Source of the DNA: an uncultured Alphaproteobacteria bacterium
Lineage (GTDB): Bacteria > Pseudomonadota > Alphaproteobacteria > Rhizobiales > Aestuariivirgaceae
Assembly (NCBI GenBank): GCA_963805405.1
Contig: CAWDUC010000010.1
Coordinates: 21,142-85,141 of the forward strand
DNA length: 64,000 nt
Direction of reading: 5' to 3'
Part shown: piece by piece, positions 45,689-58,050 of the stretch
Layout: each line of letters begins with the position of its first letter
Position numbering within the stretch: the first letter of the stretch is position 1
The notes under the pieces: model-generated
What the model was told of the DNA's origin: nothing
The model's input: the letters and a program-made list of their open reading frames with translations, nothing else
Database searches by the model: none
Made by a program: the position numbers and the translations under genes

Positions 45689-46280
45689 CGACCAGCTTCC
45701 TGAAGGCCCGTGCGCGATGCGAAATGGCGTGTTTCGCATGGGGCTCCATCTCGCCGAAAGTGAGGTTCGCGCCTTCGGGAAGGAACATCGGATCATAGCC
45801 GAAGCCCCTGGTGCCGCGCGGCGGCCATGTCAGAATGCCGTCGACGCGGCCCTCATAGCAGCGCGTTTCGCCATCGGGCCAGGTCACCGCGAGAACGCTG
45901 ATGAAATGCGCCTTGCGCTTGTCGGCGGTTGTCGCTCCGATCGCCTGCAGCTTCTCCTCGATATTGCGCATGGCGGCCGCGAAGTCTTTCGAAGGTCCTG
46001 CCCAACGCGCAGAATAGACGCCTGGATCACCGTGTAGCGAGTCGACACATAATCCCGAATCATCGGAAATCGCCGCAAAACCTGATGCCTTTGCCGCATG
46101 CTCGGATTTGAGCGCCGCATTGCCTTCAAAGGTCGTTTCGGTCTCGTCGGGCTCCGGCAATCCGAGATCGCCGGCCATCACCGTCTCGACGTCGAAGGGC
46201 TTGAGCAGATCGTCGATTTCTTTGAGCTTGCCGCGATTGTGACTGGCGACCACCAGCTTCGTGCCCCGCAATGTCCGCTT
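45675..46280 (-). CDS. rdgB: non-canonical purine NTP pyrophosphatase RdgB (in-frame with upstream VOC gene; start uncertain)
   Basis: [19 protein letters not shown]...[45 protein letters not shown]...FGYDPMF...[16 protein letters not shown]. Confidence 0.88.
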   Translation of the reverse strand, partial: KRTLRGTKLVVASHNRGKLKEIDDLLKPFDVETVMAGDLGLPEPDETETTFEGNAALKSEHAAKASGFAAISDDSGLCVDSLHGDPGVYSARWAGPSKDFAAAMRNIEEKLQAIGATTADKRKAHFISVLAVTWPDGETRCYEGRVDGILTWPPRGTRGFGYDPMFLPEGANLTFGEMEPHAKHAISHRARAFRKLVDDLF

Positions 46281-46289
46281 CTTGCGCGG

Positions 46290-46695
46290 CAGGTTCCAGA
46301 TGCGCGGCTCGGCGAATTCGACGGAATTGCCGGCGGGATCGCGCACATAGATTGAGCGCCCGCCGCCCGGCCATTCGAAGTCGGCTTCGATTGCTATTCC
46401 GGCTTGCTCGAAATGTGAACGCCAGCGATCGAGGTCGGACGCCTCGGCCCGAAAACAAATATGCCCGGGCCCCTGCGGGCCGTGCGCTGGCGGCACTCCC
46501 AGGCCCCGGCGGTCGCACGGTACTGGTTTTTGCCGGATTGAAGAGCAGCAGGACCTGGTCGCCGCAATAAAAGAATAAATGCCGGTCTTCATTTGCCTGG
46601 AAACACGCGAGCCCGAGCACGCCCTCGTAAAACGGTCGCGCGCTGTCGAGATCTTCGGCATAGAGCACCGTTTCGAGAATGCCCGCCGCCTTCAT
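46290..46695 (-). pseudogene. VOC (glyoxalase/bleomycin-resistance) family protein (frameshift ~46500; no stop before rdgB)
   Basis: [57 protein letters not shown] (ORF 46126..47061) then ...[55 protein letters not shown] (ORF 45675..46661); the start ATG overlaps the rph stop (ATGA). Confidence 0.75.
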
Positions 46696-47405
46696 GCAAT
46701 CGCGGCCTTCTGCAGTTCCACCAATTCCGAGATGCCCTTGCGCGCCAAAGCGAGGAGTTCGTTGAAGCGGCTCTCGGCGAATGCTTCGCCCTCGGCGGTC
46801 GCCTGGATTTCGACAATGCCGCCCGAACCCGTCATGACGAAATTCGCGTCCGTATGGGCGGTCGAATCCTCGGCATAATCGAGATCGAGCACCGCCATCT
46901 CCCCGCTGATCCCGCAGGAGATGGCCGCTACATGATCCTTGAGCGGTGGCGCCTTGAACATGTTGCGCGATGTCATCCAGGCGATGCAGTCGTGAAGCGC
47001 GATCCAGCTTCCGGTGATCGCCGCGGTGCGGGTCCCGCCATCGGCCTGGATCACATCGCAATCAAGCGTGATCTGGCGCTCGCCCAAGGCCGGGAGATCG
47101 ACCACGGCGCGCAGGGAGCGCCCGACCAGTCTCTGGATTTCCTGGGTACGGCCCGACTGCTTGCCGGAGGCCGCCTCCCGCCGCATCCGCTCGCCGGTGG
47201 CGCGCGGCAGCATGCCATATTCGGCCGTCACCCAGCCTTTGCCGAGGCCCTTGAGCCACGGCGGCACTTTTTCTTCGAGCGTCGCCAGGCACAAAACATG
47301 CGTATCGCCATAGCGCACCAGGCACGAGCCTTCGGCATGCTTCGAGACGCGGCGCTCGAAACTCACCTTGCGCAATTCGTCTGGCTTTCTCCCCGATGGC
47401 CGCAT
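46692..47405 (-). CDS. rph: ribonuclease PH
   Basis: Intact 237 aa; [39 protein letters not shown]...[23 protein letters not shown]. Confidence 0.94.
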   Translation of the reverse strand: MRPSGRKPDELRKVSFERRVSKHAEGSCLVRYGDTHVLCLATLEEKVPPWLKGLGKGWVTAEYGMLPRATGERMRREAASGKQSGRTQEIQRLVGRSLRAVVDLPALGERQITLDCDVIQADGGTRTAAITGSWIALHDCIAWMTSRNMFKAPPLKDHVAAISCGISGEMAVLDLDYAEDSTAHTDANFVMTGSGGIVEIQATAEGEAFAESRFNELLALARKGISELVELQKAAIA

Positions 47406-47440
47406 GATCGCTCCTTTGCCTGTTGCGGGCGGCTTCTAGA

Positions 47441-47520
47441 GCATCCGCCGCAAAAGTGTGAGCACTTTTGCGATCAGCGAATGCGCCAAAAATACCATCC
47501 GCCGCAAAAGTGTCGAGCTA
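47441..47520. promoter_or_regulatory. rph/hrcA divergent control region: 10-bp perfect inverted repeat (cgcaaaagtg-tgag-cacttttgcg) plus an 18-bp direct repeat (catccgccgcaaaagtgt, x2, ~54 bp apart)
   Basis: Read directly from the sequence at ~47447-47470 and ~47441-47458 / ~47495-47512. A possible sigma-32-like -35/-10 (TTGACC-N16-CTACATTT) lies at ~47549-47578, very close to the annotated hrcA start, so that promoter assignment is weak. This is not a canonical CIRCE element. Confidence 0.5.
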
Positions 47521-47577
47521 TTTTTGAGAACGCGCGAAATCTGTCACAATTGACCGCGCCCCCGCGCATTCCTACAT

Positions 47578-48678
47578 TTGTTGGCCATGAGCATGATACC
47601 GTCCCGGCCCTTCAGCGACGACCGCGCCGCCGGCCTCGCCCAGATCGATCAACGCTCGCGCGAGATTTTCCGGCGCCTCGTCGATACCTATCTCGATACC
47701 GGCGAGCCCGTCGGCTCGCGCACTATCTCGCGCATCCTGCCGACCAATCTCTCGCCCGCCTCGGTCAGGAATGTCATGTCGGACCTGGAGGATGCGGGCC
47801 TCATCTATTCGCCGCATACCTCGGCGGGCCGCGTGCCGACCGAAGCTGGTTTGCGCCTCTTCGTCGATTCGCTCCTCGAAATCGGCTCCCTCACGCCGGA
47901 CGAGCGGGCCCGCATAGATGCCCAGATTGCGGTATCGAGCCGTCCGCGCCGCACCGAGGATGTCCTGTCCGAGGCAACGACGCTCCTTTCCGGCCTGTCC
48001 CATTGTGCCGGTGTCGTCTTGACACCAAAGCTCAATGCCCGCCTCAAGCATATCGAATTCGTCAATCTTGGACCCAATCGCGCGCTCGTCATTTTGGTCG
48101 GCGAGGACGGCAGCGTCGAGAACCGCACGGTTGAATTGCCGCCCGGCTTGCCGCCCGCCGCGCTCATTCAGGCATCCAATTACTTGTCGTCTCGCTTCCA
48201 GGGCAAAACCTTGAGTGAGGTGCAGCGGTCCCTGCGCGAGGATCTCGAGACGTTCAAGCGCGAACTCGACGATGTCTCGACGCGGGTCATCGAGGCCGGC
48301 ATCGCCACCTGGTCGGGCGGCACCGATGCCGACAACAAGATGCTGATCGTGCGCGGCCAGGCCAATCTCATCGAGAATGCGACCGCGTCGGAGGATCTCG
48401 AGCGTGTCCGCCGGCTTTTCGAGGATATCGAAAACCAGAAAGAACTGATCCAGTTGCTCGGCCTTGCCGAGGCGGGCGAAGGGGTGCGCATCTATATTGG
48501 CTCGGAGAATAAGCTTTTCTCGCTGTCCGGCTCCTCCATCATCATCGCGCCCTATCGCAACACGGATGAAAAGATTGTCGGCGTGCTCGGCGTCATCGGT
48601 CCGACCCGCCTTAACTATGCGCGCATTGTTCCGATGGTGGACTACACCGCCCGGGTCATCGGCCGCCTCATCACTTGA
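47578..48678 (+). CDS. hrcA: heat-inducible transcription repressor HrcA
   Basis: Intact; ...[61 protein letters not shown]...; hrcA-grpE order. Confidence 0.93.
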   Translation: MLAMSMIPSRPFSDDRAAGLAQIDQRSREIFRRLVDTYLDTGEPVGSRTISRILPTNLSPASVRNVMSDLEDAGLIYSPHTSAGRVPTEAGLRLFVDSLLEIGSLTPDERARIDAQIAVSSRPRRTEDVLSEATTLLSGLSHCAGVVLTPKLNARLKHIEFVNLGPNRALVILVGEDGSVENRTVELPPGLPPAALIQASNYLSSRFQGKTLSEVQRSLREDLETFKRELDDVSTRVIEAGIATWSGGTDADNKMLIVRGQANLIENATASEDLERVRRLFEDIENQKELIQLLGLAEAGEGVRIYIGSENKLFSLSGSSIIIAPYRNTDEKIVGVLGVIGPTRLNYARIVPMVDYTARVIGRLIT

Positions 48679-48739
48679 TTTTTGGCCGCCGAGGCCTGAT
48701 ATCGGCCCCGAACCTCAAATTTTCATTGCGAGACCAGCC

Positions 48740-49303
48740 ATGACCCCACGCCCCGACCAAGGCGATCCGGCAGAATTCTTCGATCCGCAGGAAACAGCCG
48801 GCGAGGAAGTCCAGGAATTGCAGGACCATGATGGCGAGATCTTGGCGCTTCAGGAGGAAGTCGGCCAGCTCAAGGACCGGTTATTGCGAACGCTCGCCGA
48901 GATGGAGAATCTCCGCAAACGCTCCGAGCGCGAAAAGGCCGAAGCGACGCTTTATGCCGCGACCAATTTCGCCCGCGATATCCTCTCGGTCAGCGACAAC
49001 ATGACCAAGGCCTTGGAACTTGCCCATGCCGACGCCATCAAGGATGCGCCGGAAGCGGTGAAGAATCTTGTTTCAGGCGTCGAGGTGACCAATCGCGAAT
49101 TGCTCAATGTCTTCGAGCGCCACGGCATCAAGCGCATCGACCCCAAGGGCGACAAGTTCGATCCCAATCTGCATGAGGCGATGTTCGAGATCCCCTCGAA
49201 GGATCATGCCCCCGGCACCATCATCGACGTGATGCGCGCCGGCTTCTCGATCGGCGACCGTCTCTTGCGCCCGGCCCTCGTGGGCGTCGCCAAGGCTCCG
49301 TAG
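48740..49303 (+). CDS. grpE: nucleotide exchange factor GrpE
   Basis: LQEEVGQLKDRLLRTLAEMENLRKRSEREKAEATLYAATNFARDILSVSDN...VFERHGIKRIDPKGDKFDPNLHEAMFEIP...TIIDVMRAGFSIGDRLLRPALVGVAK; the internal ATG at 48740 is preferred over the long upstream extension. Confidence 0.92.
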   Translation: MTPRPDQGDPAEFFDPQETAGEEVQELQDHDGEILALQEEVGQLKDRLLRTLAEMENLRKRSEREKAEATLYAATNFARDILSVSDNMTKALELAHADAIKDAPEAVKNLVSGVEVTNRELLNVFERHGIKRIDPKGDKFDPNLHEAMFEIPSKDHAPGTIIDVMRAGFSIGDRLLRPALVGVAKAP

Positions 49304-49316
49304 AGCCAAAGCAGTC

Positions 49317-49336
49317 ACCCCAACGAAAGTTGGGGT
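49317..49336. terminator. terminator-like hairpins between convergent grpE and SPFH genes
   Basis: accccaac-gaaa-gttggggt (8-bp stem, GNRA loop); a second hairpin atgccag-gtgtcg-ctggcat lies at ~49361-49380. Confidence 0.5.
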
Positions 49337-49399
49337 CGATCAGAAACGCGATCCCGATGGATGCCAGGTGTCGCTGGCATGGGAGTCAGGCGGAACTGG

Positions 49400-51199
49400 T
49401 TACTGCCCCGATCCTGGCGGAACCTGACTGTCTTCCTTCTTCGATCCGCCAAGCGCATTGCCAAGGATCGCCGCCGCGCCTTCCAGCCCTGAACCGTTGA
49501 CGACCGTATTCGGTACGAGCTTGCCGATCAGCGTAACGAGCTGCGGCTGCCGCTCGAGCGAGATGAGAGTCTTGTCGAGCGCCTGCAGCATGGTGACGCG
49601 ATCCTGGCCCAGAACCTCGGTCTGGGCCTTTTGGCCAAGCGCGATTTCCTCCAGGTACTTGCGCTCGGCGCGGCCGAGAGCGGCACGTTCGGCTTCCCTC
49701 TGTTCGGCGACCTGCACGGCGATCTGCGCTTCGACGAGGCGCGGCTGCTCGTCCGCCGTCGAGCGCGCCTGTTCGGTTTCGATGCGCTGCTTTTGCGCTT
49801 CGGTTTCGCGAATATAGGCCTGGCCCAACTGGTCGGCGAGCTGCACGCGCAGGCGCCCGATCAGGATTTCGGGTGGAATAGAGGGTTCGCCGAGGCGGAT
49901 TTCGCGGATTTCGACGCCCGCCTTGCGCGCTTCGCTCTTGATGATGTCCTCGATCGTGTCCTCGATCGCCACGCGATTTTCGATGAGATCAAGCACGCGC
50001 GTCTGGCGCACCTCATAGCCGACGATCTTGTCGCCTTCGCGCTTCGGGATGCGGATATTCGAGCCGGCGACGTTGCGCACGATCGAGCGGATGAGCGGTG
50101 TCAGGATGCGATGTTCGATTTCCTGGATTCCGCCGACCGAGCCGGCGACGATCGGCGCGTTTTCCGGCGAGACCTGCGCCACCACCCGCAATTCCTGCGG
50201 AATGTCCCAGCCCTCGACCTTCATCATCACTGCGCGGTCGACGGCGGTCGATGGGACCGGCTCATCAAAGCTGCGCTCGGTCTGGGTCAATTGTCCCTGC
50301 TGGTCGAGGGAGAGATCGATCGTGCGCCGCTTGAATCCGCCCTTGTACTCCCAGGTCTGCACCCGCGTATCGACGGGCGTGATGTCATAGGCATGCCGGT
50401 TGAGGTAGTAGGCGCCCGGCAGAAGCGGTTCCTTCCACAGGCCGATGCAGCCGCGCGGCACCAGCGGTACGGAAAGGGCGTCGGCATCATGCTGCGCCTC
50501 GCTCACCCGCACCAACTCTTCTTTGCAATTGAGCCCGGGCTGCTGAACGTTGGATTTGACGACGCCAACCTGTCCTGCCGGAATCACGGTCGCCGTCGTG
50601 TCGTTGTCGCTGCGGACATCGAAGAGATAGCGGTTGAGGCGATAGGCGCCGGGCTTCAGCACGGTTTCCTGAGGCCCGCGGAATCCGCCCTGTTCGATGA
50701 AGGTCTGGGCGTTGAGCATGTCGGCGAGCTTGTCGTCCGGTATCACTGGCGCGATGAACATGCCTTCCGGCATCGGCAGACCGTCATTGGTGGTGATCTG
50801 CCCGTAAAAGCCTTCCGGGATCTGCACCACCGGATATTGCTCGACCTCGTAGAGGACATTGAGGAGCGGCCGGAAATGGAATCCGGGTCCCAGGACTTCT
50901 GCCTGCGGACCCTTCTGGCCTGGCAGCGCGATGATCCGGCCGGGCGGCAGATCGTCGGCAAGGTAGATGCGCTTCAGGTGCCCGACGCGGTCGGCTGAAA
51001 TCTGGACGAAGGAGGTCGAAGTGAGGAAGCCGATGCCGGCGATCACCATCAGGATGCCGGTCAGTGGGCCACGAAACAGGCCACTCAAGGCTGAAAAGCG
51101 GCCAGCGGGAACGGGGGTGGTGCCTGGCGGCGGACTGCGGCGGAGAAAGGCCTGTACCCCGAAAAGGATCAGAACCAGACCGATGATTACCCGCAGCAT
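49400..51199 (-). CDS. SPFH/band-7 (flotillin-like) domain membrane protein, 599 aa
   Basis: N-terminal TM helices (MLRVIIGLVLILFGVQAF..., ILMVIAGIGFL), a central SPFH-like region (...VVAQVSPENAPIVAGSVGGIQEIEHRILTPLIRSIVRNVAGSNIRIPKREGDKIVGYEVRQTRVLDLIENRV...) and a C-terminal coiled-coil (ETEAQKQRIETEQARSTADEQPRLVEAQIAVQVAEQREAERAALGRAERKYLEE); intact. Confidence 0.65.
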   Translation of the reverse strand: MLRVIIGLVLILFGVQAFLRRSPPPGTTPVPAGRFSALSGLFRGPLTGILMVIAGIGFLTSTSFVQISADRVGHLKRIYLADDLPPGRIIALPGQKGPQAEVLGPGFHFRPLLNVLYEVEQYPVVQIPEGFYGQITTNDGLPMPEGMFIAPVIPDDKLADMLNAQTFIEQGGFRGPQETVLKPGAYRLNRYLFDVRSDNDTTATVIPAGQVGVVKSNVQQPGLNCKEELVRVSEAQHDADALSVPLVPRGCIGLWKEPLLPGAYYLNRHAYDITPVDTRVQTWEYKGGFKRRTIDLSLDQQGQLTQTERSFDEPVPSTAVDRAVMMKVEGWDIPQELRVVAQVSPENAPIVAGSVGGIQEIEHRILTPLIRSIVRNVAGSNIRIPKREGDKIVGYEVRQTRVLDLIENRVAIEDTIEDIIKSEARKAGVEIREIRLGEPSIPPEILIGRLRVQLADQLGQAYIRETEAQKQRIETEQARSTADEQPRLVEAQIAVQVAEQREAERAALGRAERKYLEEIALGQKAQTEVLGQDRVTMLQALDKTLISLERQPQLVTLIGKLVPNTVVNGSGLEGAAAILGNALGGSKKEDSQVPPGSGQ

Positions 51200-51304
51200 G
51201 TGCGTCCCCCCGTCGTCATCGATCCTTATACACTAGCCCAGGAAAGAGACCCCTGAAAGGCGCGATAAAGGCGTTCGCTGGGTGTTCCAATGACAGGATT
51301 ATGC

Positions 51305-51936
51305 TCACAATGCAGGCTTGGTGACCCTGCGCAACGTGAGGTTGATGCGCCCGCCCCGGGCACCAATGTCGAGCTTCCCGCCAGCACCCGGTCTATGCCG
51401 TGGTATCGGAGACGCGACGCCCCGCCCATCACCACGACGTCGCCCGAAGCGAGCTTGAGCGTCTCGGTCTTGCCGCCGCGCATCAACCCGCCGATGCGGA
51501 AAATCGCGGTATCGCCGAGCGACACGGAAACCACCGGGGCCGAGAAATCCTCCTCGTCTTCGTCGCGATGCAGCCCCATCTTGGCGCCTTCGCGATAGAG
51601 ATTGACCAGACAGGCTTGCGGCGGATGCGGATAGTCGGAAACCGCCTGCCACAGCGACTGCAGAATTTCGGGGATCGCCGGCCACGGCTGCCCCGTTTCG
51701 GGATGCATGGATTGATAGCGGTAGCCGGCGCGATCCGAGACCCACCCCAGCGGACCGAGATTCGTCATCCTGACGCTGAACGGCCGGCCGCTCTTCGGCA
51801 TGGTCGGGCTGTAGAATGGCGCTTTTTCCGCTGCCGTCAGCACCGTCGCGACGAGATTTTTCTGCGCTTCCGGCGTGAAAAAACCGGGGAGATATTCAAG
51901 ACCGGGAGATGTGGTAAATGACTTCTTGGATTCCAC
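51305..51936 (-). pseudogene. alkB: alpha-ketoglutarate-dependent dioxygenase AlkB (DNA/RNA oxidative demethylase; frameshift ~51370)
   Basis: GWVSDRAGYRYQS...PWPAIPEILQSLWQAV...PQACLVNLYREGAKMGLHRDEDEEDFSAPVVSVSLGDTAIFRIGGL...SGDVVVMGGASRLRYHGI in ORF 51226..51936; the canonical C-terminus GRINLTLRRV is in ORF 51305..51745. Confidence 0.85.
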
Positions 51937-51957
51937 TCATGGCTTCGGTAACGCGCG

Positions 51958-51988
51958 CTTGATAGGCTCCGACCACCATCTTATATAG
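51958..51988 (+). promoter_or_regulatory. sigma-32 (RpoH)-type heat-shock promoter upstream of dnaK
   Basis: CTTGAT-(16 nt)-CTTATATAG, matching the alphaproteobacterial RpoH consensus CTTGAA-N16/17-CYTATNT; located ~145 bp upstream of the dnaK ATG in the alkB/dnaK divergent region. Confidence 0.55.
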
Positions 51989-52134
51989 CCCCTCGGAATT
52001 CTGCAGCAGCGCTTGGCAATCAGGCATCTGCAGCCCATATGTCGATCAGGAGACTCGGCCGCCACGGGCGACCGGGGTCAGGAAGCGCCTTACACAGGGC
52101 TTCAGGCGGGTCTGCCACAAGGAGGATTATTTAT

Positions 52135-54069
<1,935 letters not shown>

Positions 54070-54092
54070 GTCTAAGTCTGAAGTGAAATGAA

Positions 54093-54138
54093 CCTCATCC
54101 GGCACGGTCGGCACTTAACGGTGCCGCGCCGGATGAGG
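54093..54138 (+). other. dnaK-dnaJ intergenic stem-loop (11-bp perfect stem; probable attenuator/processing hairpin)
   Basis: cctcatccggc-(24 nt, itself ggcac...gtgcc)-gccggatgagg; there is no clear U-tract downstream. Confidence 0.55.
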
Positions 54139-54224
54139 GCAATCACAATTGAAAAAGGTAGTGGCCGCGCATGGGGCAGTCTTGGCCTTTGCGGTGCGCG
54201 GCGCGTTCATGGTAGTGACGGCTG

Positions 54225-55382
54225 ATGGCAAAGCGCGACTATTACGAGGTTCTTGGCGTCGCGCGCGGCGCTGATGAAAAGGAACTCAAGAACGCCTTTC
54301 GCAAGCTTGCCAAGCTAAGTCATCCCGATGCCAAGCCGGGTGATAAGCAGGCAGAGCACCGCTTCAAGGAAATCAACGAAGCCTATGACGTGCTGCGCGA
54401 TCCCCAGAAGCGCGCCGCTTACGACCGCTTCGGCCATCAGGCCTTCGAGAATGGCATGGGCGGCGGGCGCGGCGGCCCAGGCTTCGGTCCGGAATTCTCC
54501 TCCTCGATGTCGGATATTTTCGAGGACCTGTTCGGCGAATTCATGGGCGGTGGTCGCGGGCGCGGCCAAGGTGCCGGCGGCAGGCGCGGCGGCGCCTCGC
54601 GCGGCGCCGATCTGCGCTACAACATGGAAATCAGCCTCACCGAGGCTTTCGCCGGCAAGACCGCGCAGATCCGCGTGCCGAGTTCCGTCAATTGCGAACA
54701 TTGCTCCGGCACGGGCGCGAAGTCCGGAACCTCGCCCAAGGCCTGTACGACCTGCGGCGGCGTCGGCGCCGTGCGTTCGACGCAAGGCTTCTTCACGGTC
54801 GAACGGACCTGTCCGACCTGCCAGGGCCGTGGCCAGGTCATTTCCGATCCCTGCTCGCATTGCGGCGGCCAGGGCCGCGTCACGCGCGAGCGCACGCTTT
54901 CGGTGAATATCCCAGCGGGCGTCGAGGATGGCACGCGCATCAGATTGGCCAGCGAAGGCGAGGCCGGCACGCGCGGCGGCTCGTCCGGCGATCTCTATAT
55001 TTTCTTGAGCATCAGGCCGCACGAATTCTTCCAGCGCGATGGCGCCGATCTGTTCTGCAAAGTGCCGATCTCGATGACGGCGGCAGCGATGGGCGGCGAG
55101 ATCGAGGTGCCGACCATCGACGGCAAGAAGGCGCGCGTCACGATCCCCGAAGGCGCCCAGACCGGCAAGCAATTCCGCCTTAAGAGCAAAGGCATGCCGG
55201 TCTTGCGCTCGGCCCAGGCCGGCGACCTCTATATCCAGGTCACCGTCGAGACGCCGGTCAACCTGTCGCGCCGCCAGCGCGAACTCCTTAAGGAATTCGA
55301 GCACGAGGCGCGCAACAACTCGCCGCAATCGGAGGGTTTTTTCGCCAAGGCCAAGGCCTTCTGGGAAGGCTTCGGGTCGTAG
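54225..55382 (+). CDS. dnaJ: molecular chaperone DnaJ
   Basis: [35 protein letters not shown] (J domain HPD), a Gly-rich linker, four CxxCxG zinc-finger repeats ([32 protein letters not shown]); intact 385 aa. Confidence 0.96.
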   Translation: MAKRDYYEVLGVARGADEKELKNAFRKLAKLSHPDAKPGDKQAEHRFKEINEAYDVLRDPQKRAAYDRFGHQAFENGMGGGRGGPGFGPEFSSSMSDIFEDLFGEFMGGGRGRGQGAGGRRGGASRGADLRYNMEISLTEAFAGKTAQIRVPSSVNCEHCSGTGAKSGTSPKACTTCGGVGAVRSTQGFFTVERTCPTCQGRGQVISDPCSHCGGQGRVTRERTLSVNIPAGVEDGTRIRLASEGEAGTRGGSSGDLYIFLSIRPHEFFQRDGADLFCKVPISMTAAAMGGEIEVPTIDGKKARVTIPEGAQTGKQFRLKSKGMPVLRSAQAGDLYIQVTVETPVNLSRRQRELLKEFEHEARNNSPQSEGFFAKAKAFWEGFGS

Positions 55383-55468
55383 CTCTTCCGCGAACTTCCC
55401 CCTAAGCTCGCCTTTTCTCCATGCCCGGCTCACGGCCGGCCGTGGAGCGTAAGAGGAGGATTGGACCC

Positions 55469-55756
55469 ATGCCCAAGGCCTATTGGATTGCCCGCGTCAC
55501 CGTCAGCGATCCCGATCAGTACAAGCATTATGCCGAAGCGACACCGGCCGCCTTCGCGAAATATGGTGCGCGCATCCTTGCCCGCGGCGGACGCTACAAC
55601 CAGCTCGAAGGCGACGGCCGGCCGCGCAATGTCGTGATCGAGTTCCCGTCCTTTGACGATGCGGTCGCCTGCTATAACTCTCCCGAATATCAAGCCGCGA
55701 AGGTCAATCGCAAAGGCGCCGGCACTGCCGAGATCGTCATCGTGGAGGGCGTGTGA
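55469..55756 (+). CDS. DUF1330 domain protein (tandem paralog 1)
   Basis: MPKAYWIARVTVSDPDQYKHYAEATPAAFAKYGARILARGGRYNQLEGDGRPRNVVIEFPSFDDAVACYNSPEYQAAKVNRKGAGTAEIVIVEGV; ~96 aa; the long upstream ORF extension is rejected. Confidence 0.8.
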   Translation: MPKAYWIARVTVSDPDQYKHYAEATPAAFAKYGARILARGGRYNQLEGDGRPRNVVIEFPSFDDAVACYNSPEYQAAKVNRKGAGTAEIVIVEGV

Positions 55757-56043
55757 TGGCCAAGGGCTATTGGATCGCCACCGTCACCATCCGCGATCCC
55801 CAGCGCTATCCCGACTATATTGCCGCCAATAAGAAGGCCTTCGATAAATACGGCGCGAAATTCATCGTGCGTGGCGGGGCCTATGAGACGGTGAAGGGCA
55901 CTTCCGGCCAGCGCCAGGTGGTGATCGAATTCGACAGCTTCGAGACCGCCAAGGCCTGCTTCCGTTCGCCGGAATACCAGGCGGCCTTGCGAATCTTCGA
56001 AACCTGCGCCGACAGCAATGTGGTGATCGCCGAGGGCGTATAA
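55756..56043 (+). CDS. DUF1330 domain protein (tandem paralog 2)
   Basis: MAKGYWIATVTIRDPQRYPDYIAANKKAFDKYGAKFIVRGGAYETVKGTSGQRQVVIEFDSFETAKACFRSPEYQAALRIFETCADSNVVIAEGV; ~45% identical to paralog 1; its start abuts paralog 1's stop. Confidence 0.8.
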   Translation: MAKGYWIATVTIRDPQRYPDYIAANKKAFDKYGAKFIVRGGAYETVKGTSGQRQVVIEFDSFETAKACFRSPEYQAALRIFETCADSNVVIAEGV

Positions 56044-56051
56044 CCTGATAG

Positions 56052-56438
56052 CTAGGGCATCCTGTCGTTCGCATGGTCATAGAAGGCCTTCATGGCAATT
56101 TGCCACCGGCCTTCATGCTTGATCAAAGTGAGATAATCGGTCCAGGAGGTGCCAAAGCAATCGTCCGTCACCTTTGCGACGGCAATGTCGCCGGTAATAT
56201 CGAGTGAGACGATTTGCGAGGGAAAAGCCGTGCCCACAGGCTTGCGCTCTTCGGATTTGAGGGCGGCAATGAACTCATCACGCGGATAGAATTCATAATT
56301 TCCCCTGTAGTGGCCGGCTTGCATGCAGAGCGGATGCATGGCGCTCCTCAACCGCTCGTCTTGCCCATAGATCATGCCTTCCAGATAATCCGTGACCACC
56401 GCGAGTATCGCCTGCCGGTCTGCATCATTCGTCATTGT
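56052..56438 (-). CDS. NTF2-like (SnoaL/nuclear transport factor 2 fold) protein
   Basis: MTNDADRQAILAVVTDYLEGMIYGQDERLRSAMHPLCMQAGHYRGNYEFYPRDEFIAALKSEERKPVGTAFPSQIVSLDITGDIAVAKVTDDCFGTSWTDYLTLIKHEGRWQIAMKAFYDH; the upstream part of ORF 56052..56945 is antisense to dapB and is rejected. Confidence 0.7.
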   Translation of the reverse strand, partial: TMTNDADRQAILAVVTDYLEGMIYGQDERLRSAMHPLCMQAGHYRGNYEFYPRDEFIAALKSEERKPVGTAFPSQIVSLDITGDIAVAKVTDDCFGTSWTDYLTLIKHEGRWQIAMKAFYDHANDRMP

Positions 56439-56559
56439 TTCCTCCCTTAGCGATCTCGGCGTGCGGCGAAGCCTAGCCGAATTTGGTCGTGGAGTGGAAA
56501 CCCACGGCTTTCCAGACCCGTCGGTCGTTGCTATGAGCGTTTCGCATGAGGGACAAACA

Positions 56560-57987
<1,428 letters not shown>

Positions 57988-58011
57988 AAGACCGCCCAGC
58001 GGACGGTTACC

Positions 58012-58040
58012 AGCCCTCTCCCCCAAGAGGAGAAGGCTGG
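58012..58040. terminator. terminator-like hairpin between convergent gpmA and yejE
   Basis: cagccctctcc-cccaaga-ggagaaggctg (11-bp stem with 1 mismatch). Confidence 0.45.
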
Positions 58041-58050
58041 TGTAGGAAGG

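Noticed and set aside
47406-47590. Looked for a CIRCE element (TTAGCACTC-N9-GAGTGCTAA) upstream of hrcA
   Set aside because: Not present; the palindrome found there has a different sequence, so it is reported as an unclassified operator and not as CIRCE.
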